From NCBI GenBank assembly GCA_963662285.2, contig CAXXMV010000002.1, positions 480,001-544,000 of the forward strand: a DNA stretch of 64,000 bases. Direction: 5' to 3'. Shown here piece after piece: positions 1 through 9,050 of the stretch; the stretch's first letter is position 1; the number at the start of each line of letters is the position of its first letter. Below the pieces are notes generated by a model, which ran no database searches, was not told where the DNA came from, and saw only the letters and a list, made by a program, of their open reading frames with translations. The translations under genes and the position numbers were made by a program. This stretch comes from a bacterium. GTDB lineage: Bacteria > Hinthialibacterota > Hinthialibacteria > Hinthialibacterales > Hinthialibacteraceae.

Positions 1-1
1 T

Positions 2-112
2 TTGATTGGCGGCGGCGCCATGTTCTTCTGGACATGTTCGCGGCTGCATTGGATGTTCCCCAAAAGTGATATGATTGAAGACGATATTTCTTTTGATGAA
101 GAGGAAATTTGA
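2..112 (+). CDS. 3' end of a CDS entering the window (probable membrane protein)
   Basis: Open frame from position 2: LIGGGAMFFWTCSRLHWMFPKSDMIEDDISFDEEEI*. It stops 18 nt before the next gene. Confidence 0.6.
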   Translation: MIGGGAMFFWTCSRLHWMFPKSDMIEDDISFDEEEI

Positions 113-130
113 TAAAGGAATGAAGCGGCT

Positions 131-2023
131 ATGACTCAATCAGAATCAAAAACAAAGCTTCGCTCAATGCGGGCGCTTTTTTTACGGCTATTGCCAATTA
201 TATCTGTAGTATTGATCGATGTGTTTTTTCTGGCTTTGCTTGATAACCTTTTTTATAACAAAAAACGGGCATTGATCCTTGAACCTTCCGAGCAGCTCGA
301 AGAGATGCTGGCTGCTATTGAACCTATCCGGACCGTGTTGAATAATCTACCGCAAACCGACCAGGAAAGAAGGAAAACAAATGCGTTGGAACAGATCGAA
401 AAAAAAGCGCCGTCCATCCTGGAACAAGATAATCCCTGGTTTCGGGTTCGAATAACAGATGTGGATAATCAGATTGTTTACCTTTGTGAGAATAAAGAGA
501 AAAGCAAGAATTTTAATGATAGTACAAACTGTTTGATATCGCGCTCCTTCTGCGCCATTTCCACCACGAAGATGAAAAATCCCGTCTTGAATATAACTTT
601 TTTTTACGCCACTCCGCGAGGATGGCCTGACATAGAACGCATGGTGATCCGGTATTGGATTTACGCCATTATGTTTATCGTCGCCAGTTGGATCATATAC
701 GTCATCTTATTGAATAAAGTTCTTCTGCCACTGGAGAGGGTCGGGGCCGCGATTGATCAGATGATCCAATCGGATGGCGTAGCCATGATTTCACACCCGA
801 AACATGCAATTGAAAAACAATTTAACCGACTGGCTCAAAATCAACGAGAGACCTTATTTGGTTTGGAGATCGAACGAATTGTAGATTCGCTCCATACTTT
901 TTCTGATGATTCGGTGGTAGTCGATAAATTTCTGTTAAGCGTCTCACAAGCGGTTAAGAAAATATATCCTATTACTAAAGTGTTTATTTATGGTTATCTT
1001 GATGACGAGAAGCGTTTTGTTCCATTAAATTCTGAATGCGCCTCTGGAGATATTCAACTTTGGCCTGAATCTGATAAGTCTATCCAAAAAGCGGCCAATG
1101 GTTTTTGCGCTATCTCTCTGCAAGTGGGCGATACTTTCGCTGGCGGTTTGCAATGCCCGGTTGATCAGATGAAAAGTGATGCTAACGGATTCGAGATAAT
1201 GGCGCGGGAAATAAAGAAACAAGCGGAGAACGGTTTAGCCCGCGCTTTCACCCGGAGCCGCACCCTAACTGAAGAACGCAATCGTTTTGGAATCAACATT
1301 GCCACCAATATGGGGCATGACCTGACTAACATCATTGCTTCCGGTAAATGGGACCTGGATACAATCCAGCGTTCGCAAAATCTTGGTATTGTAAAAATGG
1401 ATGAGAAGAAAGGCGCCTTTTTTTTGGAGGCGGTGGAAGGCTTAAAGAATAATCTGCATTTTCTTCAGGAGATGGTGGATATTTACCGTTCTTTCGGATA
1501 TACCCGCAAACCAAGATATGAATCTGTTAATATTAATGAATTAGTTAAGCAGGTTACCAGATTATTTAACCGCTCAACATCACAAAAATTGAGCATTAAT
1601 CTGTTGGATTCTGAACCTGTAACCATGCTGGCTGAACCACGCCTTTTACGCATGGCGCTCTTCAATCTATTCGCCAATGCCGCACAGGCCATCCGCCGCC
1701 ATGATCCCCATCAACTTGGCGACATTACTATATCCTTCAAGCAGCAATCTAATGAAACGGTTGTTTTCTCGGTATGCGACAATGGCCCCGGCATCCGTAG
1801 ACCTGATGGTGAACTGATGGATGATTCAGAGATTGTCGGCGTCTTCCAATCCGGCTACTCCACCAAAGGAGATGGCAGCGGTGGGGGATTGGGTCTAGCC
1901 TGGGTGAAATCGATTGTGGAAGATTTTCATAATGGTTCTATTAAAGTTTGCAACCGTACCGAAGGGGGAGCGCAGTTTACTTTTATAATGCCCCTCAATT
2001 CCGGACAAGATGTTGAGGATTAA
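131..2023 (+). CDS. Membrane-bound sensor histidine kinase
   Basis: Two TM segments and a HAMP-like region. H-box MGHDLTN, N-box LFNLFANAAQA, G1 DNGPGI, G2 GGGLGL. Confidence 0.9.
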   Translation: MTQSESKTKLRSMRALFLRLLPIISVVLIDVFFLALLDNLFYNKKRALILEPSEQLEEMLAAIEPIRTVLNNLPQTDQERRKTNALEQIEKKAPSILEQDNPWFRVRITDVDNQIVYLCENKEKSKNFNDSTNCLISRSFCAISTTKMKNPVLNITFFYATPRGWPDIERMVIRYWIYAIMFIVASWIIYVILLNKVLLPLERVGAAIDQMIQSDGVAMISHPKHAIEKQFNRLAQNQRETLFGLEIERIVDSLHTFSDDSVVVDKFLLSVSQAVKKIYPITKVFIYGYLDDEKRFVPLNSECASGDIQLWPESDKSIQKAANGFCAISLQVGDTFAGGLQCPVDQMKSDANGFEIMAREIKKQAENGLARAFTRSRTLTEERNRFGINIATNMGHDLTNIIASGKWDLDTIQRSQNLGIVKMDEKKGAFFLEAVEGLKNNLHFLQEMVDIYRSFGYTRKPRYESVNINELVKQVTRLFNRSTSQKLSINLLDSEPVTMLAEPRLLRMALFNLFANAAQAIRRHDPHQLGDITISFKQQSNETVVFSVCDNGPGIRRPDGELMDDSEIVGVFQSGYSTKGDGSGGGLGLAWVKSIVEDFHNGSIKVCNRTEGGAQFTFIMPLNSGQDVED

Positions 2024-3146
2024 CTTCATTCTTCAGAAACCGCCAATATGACGCTATCACCAAGGCTGCCAGGATTAATCCCCCAATGATCGACTGCGGC
2101 GCGAAAGCGGTTAATAACCATATAGCCGCAATTATGATCCCTGCCGAGATTCTGTTTTTCTCAATAAATACAGTCAATCCAACTCCCGCCGCAATTATGA
2201 TTGCCGGGAATACATAAAAAGGCAACCGGAAATAATCGGTAGCTATTATCATGGGCAAGATAACGATAATGATATGCACAATGAATGCCAAGGAGATTCT
2301 GCGTGGTATTCGTATTAGGCCGATTGCTGCAAGTCCCCATAAACACGGCAAGGTTTCACGATATATCCTGATATCAAATAATGCTTTGAAACCCTGCTTT
2401 TGGAAAATCAAAGAATATTCCTGGCTATTGATATCCAACGATCTGCCTGCAATTTTCGCCCATACTTGATAATCACTTATTAACGGCCATATAAATCGAA
2501 TAATTAAGACAAATAAGATAGCGGGTAAAACGCATAGGCTGATTGTCCGCAATGAGTTAAAACACTTCTCCTTGTTAAACCATAAGATCATCAGAACGGG
2601 GATAATGCTAAGCGATTCGGGACGATTGAGCGCTCCTAATGCAAGAGAACACATGGTTACGCCAAAATTTCCCGTTATCATCCCTATGAATAACAAGATT
2701 AAGAGCCAATAACTCATAGGATCGATATACCAGAAATTGGCGATAATAAACCGGGATGATGATGCCAGGTAAAAAGCAGGCAGCAAGGCTAACGCCCAAT
2801 ATAATGGAACGTCAAATAAACGAAGAGCAAGAACGAGCAATGTTCCACATATAAAAAATGAGAAGAATGAGATGGTTCGAAAACTTACGCCGGTATCCAT
2901 TGGTAAATGTGAAGCCAATACTGGCGTCAGAATTCTAGCCCCATATGGGAAAGCGTTAAAACTATATGGCTCTGTAGCCATGGTTTTATAAATCATGACT
3001 GGATTATCATTTTCAGGCGTGATATAGGCAAAGACTGAAGATGATAATATAAAAGAAACCAACAATGCCATGCAGACATCCCAGCGGCTAATGCGTTCTA
3101 CGCTTGTTGAAGCAATAGAATAATTTATATCTTGCAGAAAATTCAT
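1995..3146 (-). CDS. Polytopic membrane protein, possible GT-C-fold glycosyltransferase
   Basis: About 10 hydrophobic segments; PY..RIL.P, YIDP and NRPES motifs. Confidence 0.6.
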   Translation of the reverse strand: MNFLQDINYSIASTSVERISRWDVCMALLVSFILSSSVFAYITPENDNPVMIYKTMATEPYSFNAFPYGARILTPVLASHLPMDTGVSFRTISFFSFFICGTLLVLALRLFDVPLYWALALLPAFYLASSSRFIIANFWYIDPMSYWLLILLFIGMITGNFGVTMCSLALGALNRPESLSIIPVLMILWFNKEKCFNSLRTISLCVLPAILFVLIIRFIWPLISDYQVWAKIAGRSLDINSQEYSLIFQKQGFKALFDIRIYRETLPCLWGLAAIGLIRIPRRISLAFIVHIIIVILPMIIATDYFRLPFYVFPAIIIAAGVGLTVFIEKNRISAGIIIAAIWLLTAFAPQSIIGGLILAALVIASYWRFLKNEVNPQHLVRN

Positions 3147-3148
3147 GG

Positions 3149-3862
3149 TTATTTATTTTCAATAAAAATCAATTTTTCTAAAATTAATTCCATAGGACTG
3201 GGTGAGGTAAAGTAAAAATAAAAATATTTCGCCCTATCCCAGGGAACTTCAAATTTTCCTGGTTTATAATATTTACTTGGAATCGAAACCATGTAAGCCT
3301 CTGTATTGATTCTTGGAGTCATTTGTACGCTAAATGTTGATGTAATGTTTATTGTTTTATCGGGTGGAATGTCTGTGAAACCATAAGTTATGGTTGGGCT
3401 TCCTTTGTATTGTGAGCATGTGGTTAAACCTAAATTCTTTGCACCGGGGAGTATTTTGAAAAAATCTGTGGATATATAAAAACCTACAGATTCATCAGGA
3501 ATCATGTTGAACCTTATCCCTTCCTTATCCTTCTCAAATCTCACTTTCTGTTTGGAACTCGCTGGTCCTAAATGAAATACTTGTCCCATGGATTTTTGCG
3601 GAGGATGGGTAATTCTTTGTATCAAATCATCATTTAATATTCGTGGCCGAATTGTATATCCCCGGTAGAAAAAAATGAGCAGCGCTACAAAGAGAAGATT
3701 AGTTATTACCCGACCGGATTTATTGATAATCCCAAAAAATTCATCCTGTGATATAAACGGATGACGCCCCCAGAGGATTAATCTTTTCGATGAGGAATCC
3801 ATTGATGTAATAGCATTATTGTGATGATCACATGATGCGATTTTTTTCCGTCTTTTAGCCAT
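3149..3862 (-). CDS. Hypothetical single-TM protein
   Basis: 237-aa ORF with one hydrophobic segment, 2 nt from the next gene. Confidence 0.6.
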   Translation of the reverse strand: MAKRRKKIASCDHHNNAITSMDSSSKRLILWGRHPFISQDEFFGIINKSGRVITNLLFVALLIFFYRGYTIRPRILNDDLIQRITHPPQKSMGQVFHLGPASSKQKVRFEKDKEGIRFNMIPDESVGFYISTDFFKILPGAKNLGLTTCSQYKGSPTITYGFTDIPPDKTINITSTFSVQMTPRINTEAYMVSIPSKYYKPGKFEVPWDRAKYFYFYFTSPSPMELILEKLIFIENK

Positions 3863-3922
3863 AAGAAAACTTTTAGAAGAGAATTATTCCCTGCTTAAGA
3901 ACAACCTGGTAAAATGAATAAT

Positions 3923-4984
3923 TTATTTCGCTAATTCATATTTTAACATATCTATTTCAGGTATGGGCATGGGATCTTGTTTATATAAATATGCCAGATA
4001 AGTCGTGGCGAAATCGCCTAAACTGATCAAAGAGACCATGCGCGCTAATAAACTATTGCCTTCTGATTGTATTTCGGTAACGCTTTGATTGTGTGAATCA
4101 AAGATCGTTTTCATGACCTTGAAACGCTTTTTGGTTTGTTTGTGGTATCCCTTATCCAGCAGAAATACAATGGACAGTTTACAGACGCCAGCTGCTGGAT
4201 GCGAATAACCCAGGATTTCGTTATGGTTCATTTCTGGAATAACAGAATTATGCGCGAATGATTTTGTATTTTCATTAAATTGCGCACGCCAACGGGCAGC
4301 GACTGGCTCGAAAGCGTCTTGTCCTGCATAAATTACCGGAATCGAGCCATGAAGATTAATGGCTAATTGTTTAGCGGGATTGGATGATGCCGGAATTTCA
4401 AAGCAATTGGCATTGATGGTTTGCTTCAGAACCTTGTACATATTCTTGATGGCGCCGCTCTGGTCGGGAAGCAATCCCCATCGTTCGAATAATACAAGCA
4501 GCGGCATTATAGAATAACCAAGCGCCGTTCGCGGAGCATAACCCGCCGGAATTTTTACAAATGGATAGCCGTCACGAGAGCATAACCGCCCCAGTGAACC
4601 GCCAGTTGTAATAGCCGCGATTTGAGCTTCTTTTATCCGCGCTTCGCGATAACAGGAGAGCGTCTCTTCGGTGTTGCCCGAGTATGAACCTGTGATAACC
4701 AGGGTTCTTTTTCCCACATATTGAGGCAACGTGTAATTGCGTACAATTTCAATAGGAACGGGAGAATCAGCCGAGGCGTAAGAACGTATCAGATCTCCTC
4801 CAATTGCCGAACCCCCCATCCCGCAGATAACAACATTATCGAATTTTTTCAGTTTGGGCATATCACAATTACGGGCTAATTCTTCCGCATGAGAACATTG
4901 TTGATAGAAAAGTTCCGCAGTATCAAGGATTCCACTGGGATCTAACTGCTGTCGAGTTGTAGAACTATCCAGAAAATCGTTCAT
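3923..4984 (-). CDS. Bifunctional phosphoglucose/phosphomannose isomerase (SIS domain)
   Basis: GMGGSAIGG, SYSGNTEETL, TTGG, PRTA, QFNENTK and PEMNHNEI motifs. Confidence 0.92.
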   Translation of the reverse strand: MNDFLDSSTTRQQLDPSGILDTAELFYQQCSHAEELARNCDMPKLKKFDNVVICGMGGSAIGGDLIRSYASADSPVPIEIVRNYTLPQYVGKRTLVITGSYSGNTEETLSCYREARIKEAQIAAITTGGSLGRLCSRDGYPFVKIPAGYAPRTALGYSIMPLLVLFERWGLLPDQSGAIKNMYKVLKQTINANCFEIPASSNPAKQLAINLHGSIPVIYAGQDAFEPVAARWRAQFNENTKSFAHNSVIPEMNHNEILGYSHPAAGVCKLSIVFLLDKGYHKQTKKRFKVMKTIFDSHNQSVTEIQSEGNSLLARMVSLISLGDFATTYLAYLYKQDPMPIPEIDMLKYELAK

Positions 4985-5151
4985 TTTGGTTAAGTCCTCT
5001 ATAAGGATTAGGTATAAACGTCATCATCCAAATCACACGAAAAAAACTCATTATCGTCAATTACTCTAATCGTCTAACAAAGCATGAACAAGGTTGAATA
5101 CCTCAATATGCGTGGCAAAAATCGTTCTACTAGTCTTTTTATACTATATAT

Positions 5152-6336
5152 TTAATCGTGAAGAGTAATAAATTCTCTTAAATTCGATTCCAGTATCAGC
5201 TCCAGTTCTGAAAAATTCTCTTCTTTTGTCTCTGTAAAAAGAAAACCGAAAACAGGATACTCCTTAAAATCCATTTCCCGTAATTCCAGTGGTTTATTAA
5301 ATCCGGACAGCAATAGTTTATAGTCAAATGATTCAATTAGGCTTCCTTCAAACCCGGTGGAGTTATCCAATACAATAATGCTATAAAGCAAGCCAGACTT
5401 ATTTTTTAGAATTTCCGCCCAATCGGGACGTTTTTGATAAAAATAATATTCATAAGGATTAAATCCATACGAGAAGTACGTCATATCAGCCGTTGAACAC
5501 AAGCCGCCGAATCTCATCGGATTGATCTCTATGGGTAAAACAGAACCTTTGCTATCACGCCTGATTTCAACATGGACCGGGAAATTTTTCAGATCAGCCA
5601 ATTTTCCAATTCCTCGCAGATACTCAGAAAACTCTTCAAGGTTGTTTAATATAATTTCTCTTGATGAAATATAAACCCGGTCGCTTACATCATGGTCTGA
5701 AGAAAAAATATGCTTATAAATATTAAGTATTACGGGTTCTCCAGCGGCATCGTAGTAGGCGTCTATAGCGAATTCCTCTCCCTCAATATTCTGCTCGATT
5801 ATAAAGGAATTAGTATCCAGGACTTCAGTGGGATATAAATTTTTGGCGCCCCGCATCTCGGAACAGATCGATTTTTTTACTTGCTCCCATTCTTCCACTT
5901 TAGAAACTTTATATACTCCCATACTGAAGAATCCGGTTGCAGGTTTTATAATGAACGGCATAGGCAATTCTTCAACCGATAAATCATCCAGTTCATCCAG
6001 TTGCATTTCCTTGAAGAAAAAATCGGGATGCATTGGCTTTATTAAAGTCCTGAATTTCGCCTTATCCTTAAAGAGAGCAATTTTTCGGAGTAGATCAGTG
6101 AATTGTAGATTACGGGATATCCAACCAATAGAATTTTCGGAATTAGTATATATTTGCACCGAATCTGAATCTCTTATTTGTTGAATCGCGCTTTTTTCAT
6201 CAAGAAGATCCAGCCCATCATCCAGTTTCAGTTCATTATTAACATCTGTTTGAAAAACAGCAAATCCATTGTGTTTAATCGTCTTTTTAAGAAAATCTGA
6301 AACGAAAGGCTTATCTAACAAAATCATTTTGCGCAA
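5152..6336 (-). CDS. ATP-grasp domain protein
   Basis: KDKAKFR, PFIIKP..GFFSMGV, IIEQNIEGEEFAID, HVEIR and PIEINPMRFGG motifs. Confidence 0.85.
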   Translation of the reverse strand: MRKMILLDKPFVSDFLKKTIKHNGFAVFQTDVNNELKLDDGLDLLDEKSAIQQIRDSDSVQIYTNSENSIGWISRNLQFTDLLRKIALFKDKAKFRTLIKPMHPDFFFKEMQLDELDDLSVEELPMPFIIKPATGFFSMGVYKVSKVEEWEQVKKSICSEMRGAKNLYPTEVLDTNSFIIEQNIEGEEFAIDAYYDAAGEPVILNIYKHIFSSDHDVSDRVYISSREIILNNLEEFSEYLRGIGKLADLKNFPVHVEIRRDSKGSVLPIEINPMRFGGLCSTADMTYFSYGFNPYEYYFYQKRPDWAEILKNKSGLLYSIIVLDNSTGFEGSLIESFDYKLLLSGFNKPLELREMDFKEYPVFGFLFTETKEENFSELELILESNLREFITLHD

Positions 6337-6403
6337 TCACCTCGTTGTATCACAGTTTACACGGATTAAAACGTCATTTTGAAAATTACTCTAGCCGGGT
6401 AAA

Positions 6404-6444
6404 TACAAAAACCCGGGATGTCTAATCGGCGGACATTCCCGGGT
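6404..6444 (-). terminator. Rho-independent terminator after the DUF5610-like gene
   Basis: On the minus strand: stem acccggga-atgtc...gacat-cccgggt followed by ttttt. Confidence 0.6.
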
Positions 6445-6470
6445 ATATTTTTCGTTTATGCTTATTAATG

Positions 6471-7148
6471 CTATCCAACTATATCGAGTTCCCCTTTGCT
6501 TTGGGAAGAAATTTCCTCTGCTACATTCTTGGTTGCTTCTTCCTGTATTATCCCATCATTGAAATGAGATAAACGGAATTCTTCTAAACCAGTTAAAACC
6601 AGATTGTAGGTTTTCTTGATGTTCTCTCCGATATCGCCTAAGTCGTCAAATGATCCGAGAATTTTTTCGGCTTCGTCAAAGCCTGTTTTGATGGCTTCTC
6701 CAATCATGGTTGTAAACTGGTTGGCTTGATCACCTTCCGAATCATCAGGATGATTCAGTTGATAAGCGCTGAAGAAGTTTGTTGCAAAATCAACAATCCT
6801 GGATGCCGTGTTTTCCGGGCTAAAGAATTCTACAAGTTCTTGAGCGGATGCATCTTCAGGAGGAAGCATGGCTGAATTTGCAATTTCTTCCTCTTCACTG
6901 CTTAGTCCATAGTATTCCTGTAATTGCAGTTTGACCTGATCATAAACTGTAGCAACTGAATTTTGTAAAGCTTGCAGGTCTCCATTCAAATCAAATTGGA
7001 AAGATGCACTGTCTTTAATTGATGAACTTTTGAATTCTGGACTCAGTGACTCAACCAAAGAGGCGTTTTTGTCCTTGCTTACCTTGCTGTTTTGATTAAA
7101 CAAAGTAACTGGTCGCTGTAAAGGAATAGAATTTATTGGATCAATCAT
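6471..7148 (-). CDS. DUF5610-like protein (start re-called at ATG 7148)
   Basis: FFSPENTASRIVDFA...GFDEA..ILG...IKKTYNLV pattern; GGAGGTG RBS upstream of 7148. Confidence 0.75.
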   Translation of the reverse strand: MIDPINSIPLQRPVTLFNQNSKVSKDKNASLVESLSPEFKSSSIKDSASFQFDLNGDLQALQNSVATVYDQVKLQLQEYYGLSSEEEEIANSAMLPPEDASAQELVEFFSPENTASRIVDFATNFFSAYQLNHPDDSEGDQANQFTTMIGEAIKTGFDEAEKILGSFDDLGDIGENIKKTYNLVLTGLEEFRLSHFNDGIIQEEATKNVAEEISSQSKGELDIVG

Positions 7149-7206
7149 GTCTTTCACCTCCCTCTCAGTATTTATGTTTTCTTCTTGAGAGAGAAACCCA
7201 CGACTA

Positions 7207-7233
7207 TTATCGGCAAATTCCATCTAATCTTTA
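7207..7233 (-). promoter_or_regulatory. Sigma-28 (FliA-type) promoter
   Basis: Minus strand reads TAAA-gattagatggaattt(15 nt)-GCCGATAA, an exact consensus. Confidence 0.85.
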
Positions 7234-7343
7234 AAAGTAATTTTATTTAATAAATAAACCACTGATATATATACACTTAAAAAAATCGCAAACATGTTTA
7301 TGTTTGTATTATACACAATATTCAACTAGATTGAGGATAAATA

Positions 7344-9050
7344 TCAGGATTGCTTAATACGTAATAATTCGTTGATGATGTCGGTTCTGATGCCATCCAA
7401 ACGGTTTTGTTTATCAAGCCATCCGTTGCGAACCGACTCGAAAGGACGGCATAAAATCGAAGAAATAGTCGGCATGAAATCCTCAAACCATAAATCTCTG
7501 AATTCTTCTTCACCCTCTCTCAAAGCGCGGCGGGCGCCATTGGCGTACATAAAGACCAACCACAACAAGTAAAAGATCACTAGAAATACTACGCTCTGCA
7601 AAAGCGCTCCCGCTCCGAAGAGAGATATGATCAGCGAGAATGCCTCGCCGATACCACTCAGGGAAAATAATGAATTTTCTGATTTAGCAATATGCAAAAA
7701 AATTGGCTGGACTATCGGGAACCATATTAACGGCAAGAAAACCAATGATTTACGCCAGACGCCCGGTTTGGGGAATGAAGCAGAAATCCGCTTAACCACT
7801 TTTTCTTCATACATCCCAAGCATTCTTACAAACGAGTTGTTTACAGGTGATGAGTAATTGGGCGCTTCTTCAAGATAGGCTGATAATTCAGGATAATGCT
7901 CTTCCGTCTCAACCCTGATGTTTTGCAGCAGGGTGGAAGCGGATTGTCCGCCCTGGCGCAGCAGGTCGCGCGGTTTTTCTGAAAGGGCGTCATCACCCTT
8001 AATCGATAAGCGACCGCCTATGAAAGAGACCAATCCGGCCAATGGATGAAAGATGAGCCTTAGAATCGGCCAATTTTGCACACGCTCAAAGAATAAACCA
8101 TGACTGATGCGGTGCTGAATGGAACTAAGCGACAGGATGCGCCGCCAAACCGTTTCAAAATATTCCTCATCAAAATATTTACCCAGCGAATCGGCGATAT
8201 CATCCAATGCCAGGTCGAGTTGGTTGATTTTATCAGAAAGCGAATAGTAATTATTCAGCCTTACCAGATTCTTTTCAAACTCAGTGCGTAAATTATCAAC
8301 CTTGGCCTTGATAATCTCTTCCTGGGAATGGCGCCGGATCAGTTTGTCATAGAGCCGGTGATATTCATAACGATCCGTATGCAGGGTGGATATTAATAAC
8401 AAGCGGTCGCCTGTCGGCGCGGGGATATTGCGTCGGCTGCATTCATCCTGCAGATACTGGAGAACTTCCCTTCTGGCCGTCTCCAGGTCGACGCGCCCAT
8501 CCAGTTGATCAGTTTTGTTAAGGATAATCAGATAGTTATCATGACTTTGGGCTACCGCCTCCAGTTGATCGACGAATTCATGGTCGCCGTATTTGCGCGG
8601 CGTAATAACCCAGACCAGGCCTTGCAGACTACGGCTTAACCTTTTGACATCGTCACGGTGTTCTTCAAAGCGACTGTCATAATCGGGGAAATCGACCAAT
8701 ACGACATTACGCAGCACGTCATGTTGATGAGCGGCGTATTCAATCCGACCTGACATATCTTTGGTCAAGCGTTTTTGCAGTGAAACAAGATCGGATTTAT
8801 GGCAATAAGCTACCGCCCGGCTGGTGCCTTCATCCAGGATATCCGTATCGATAGATATGCGGGCGCCTGCTAACTGGTTGATCAGCGATGTCTTACCGAC
8901 ATCCTTACCTCCGATGATCCCATAGAGAAACAGTGAATCTTCATCGGCTTCTCCGGTGAGATATTGCAATGTAAGCGGCGCCTGATCCGTTAATCGGGCC
9001 AGTTCCAGGTTTAATTCATCTAATTCTGTACGTAAATCGTCAATTTTCAT
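7344..9050 (-). CDS. Dynamin-like/YfjP-like GTPase with C-terminal TM segments
   Basis: G1 GGKDVGKTS, G3 DFPD, G4 NKTD; helical stalk and a hydrophobic C-terminal hairpin. Confidence 0.8.
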   Translation of the reverse strand: MKIDDLRTELDELNLELARLTDQAPLTLQYLTGEADEDSLFLYGIIGGKDVGKTSLINQLAGARISIDTDILDEGTSRAVAYCHKSDLVSLQKRLTKDMSGRIEYAAHQHDVLRNVVLVDFPDYDSRFEEHRDDVKRLSRSLQGLVWVITPRKYGDHEFVDQLEAVAQSHDNYLIILNKTDQLDGRVDLETARREVLQYLQDECSRRNIPAPTGDRLLLISTLHTDRYEYHRLYDKLIRRHSQEEIIKAKVDNLRTEFEKNLVRLNNYYSLSDKINQLDLALDDIADSLGKYFDEEYFETVWRRILSLSSIQHRISHGLFFERVQNWPILRLIFHPLAGLVSFIGGRLSIKGDDALSEKPRDLLRQGGQSASTLLQNIRVETEEHYPELSAYLEEAPNYSSPVNNSFVRMLGMYEEKVVKRISASFPKPGVWRKSLVFLPLIWFPIVQPIFLHIAKSENSLFSLSGIGEAFSLIISLFGAGALLQSVVFLVIFYLLWLVFMYANGARRALREGEEEFRDLWFEDFMPTISSILCRPFESVRNGWLDKQNRLDGIRTDIINELLRIKQS

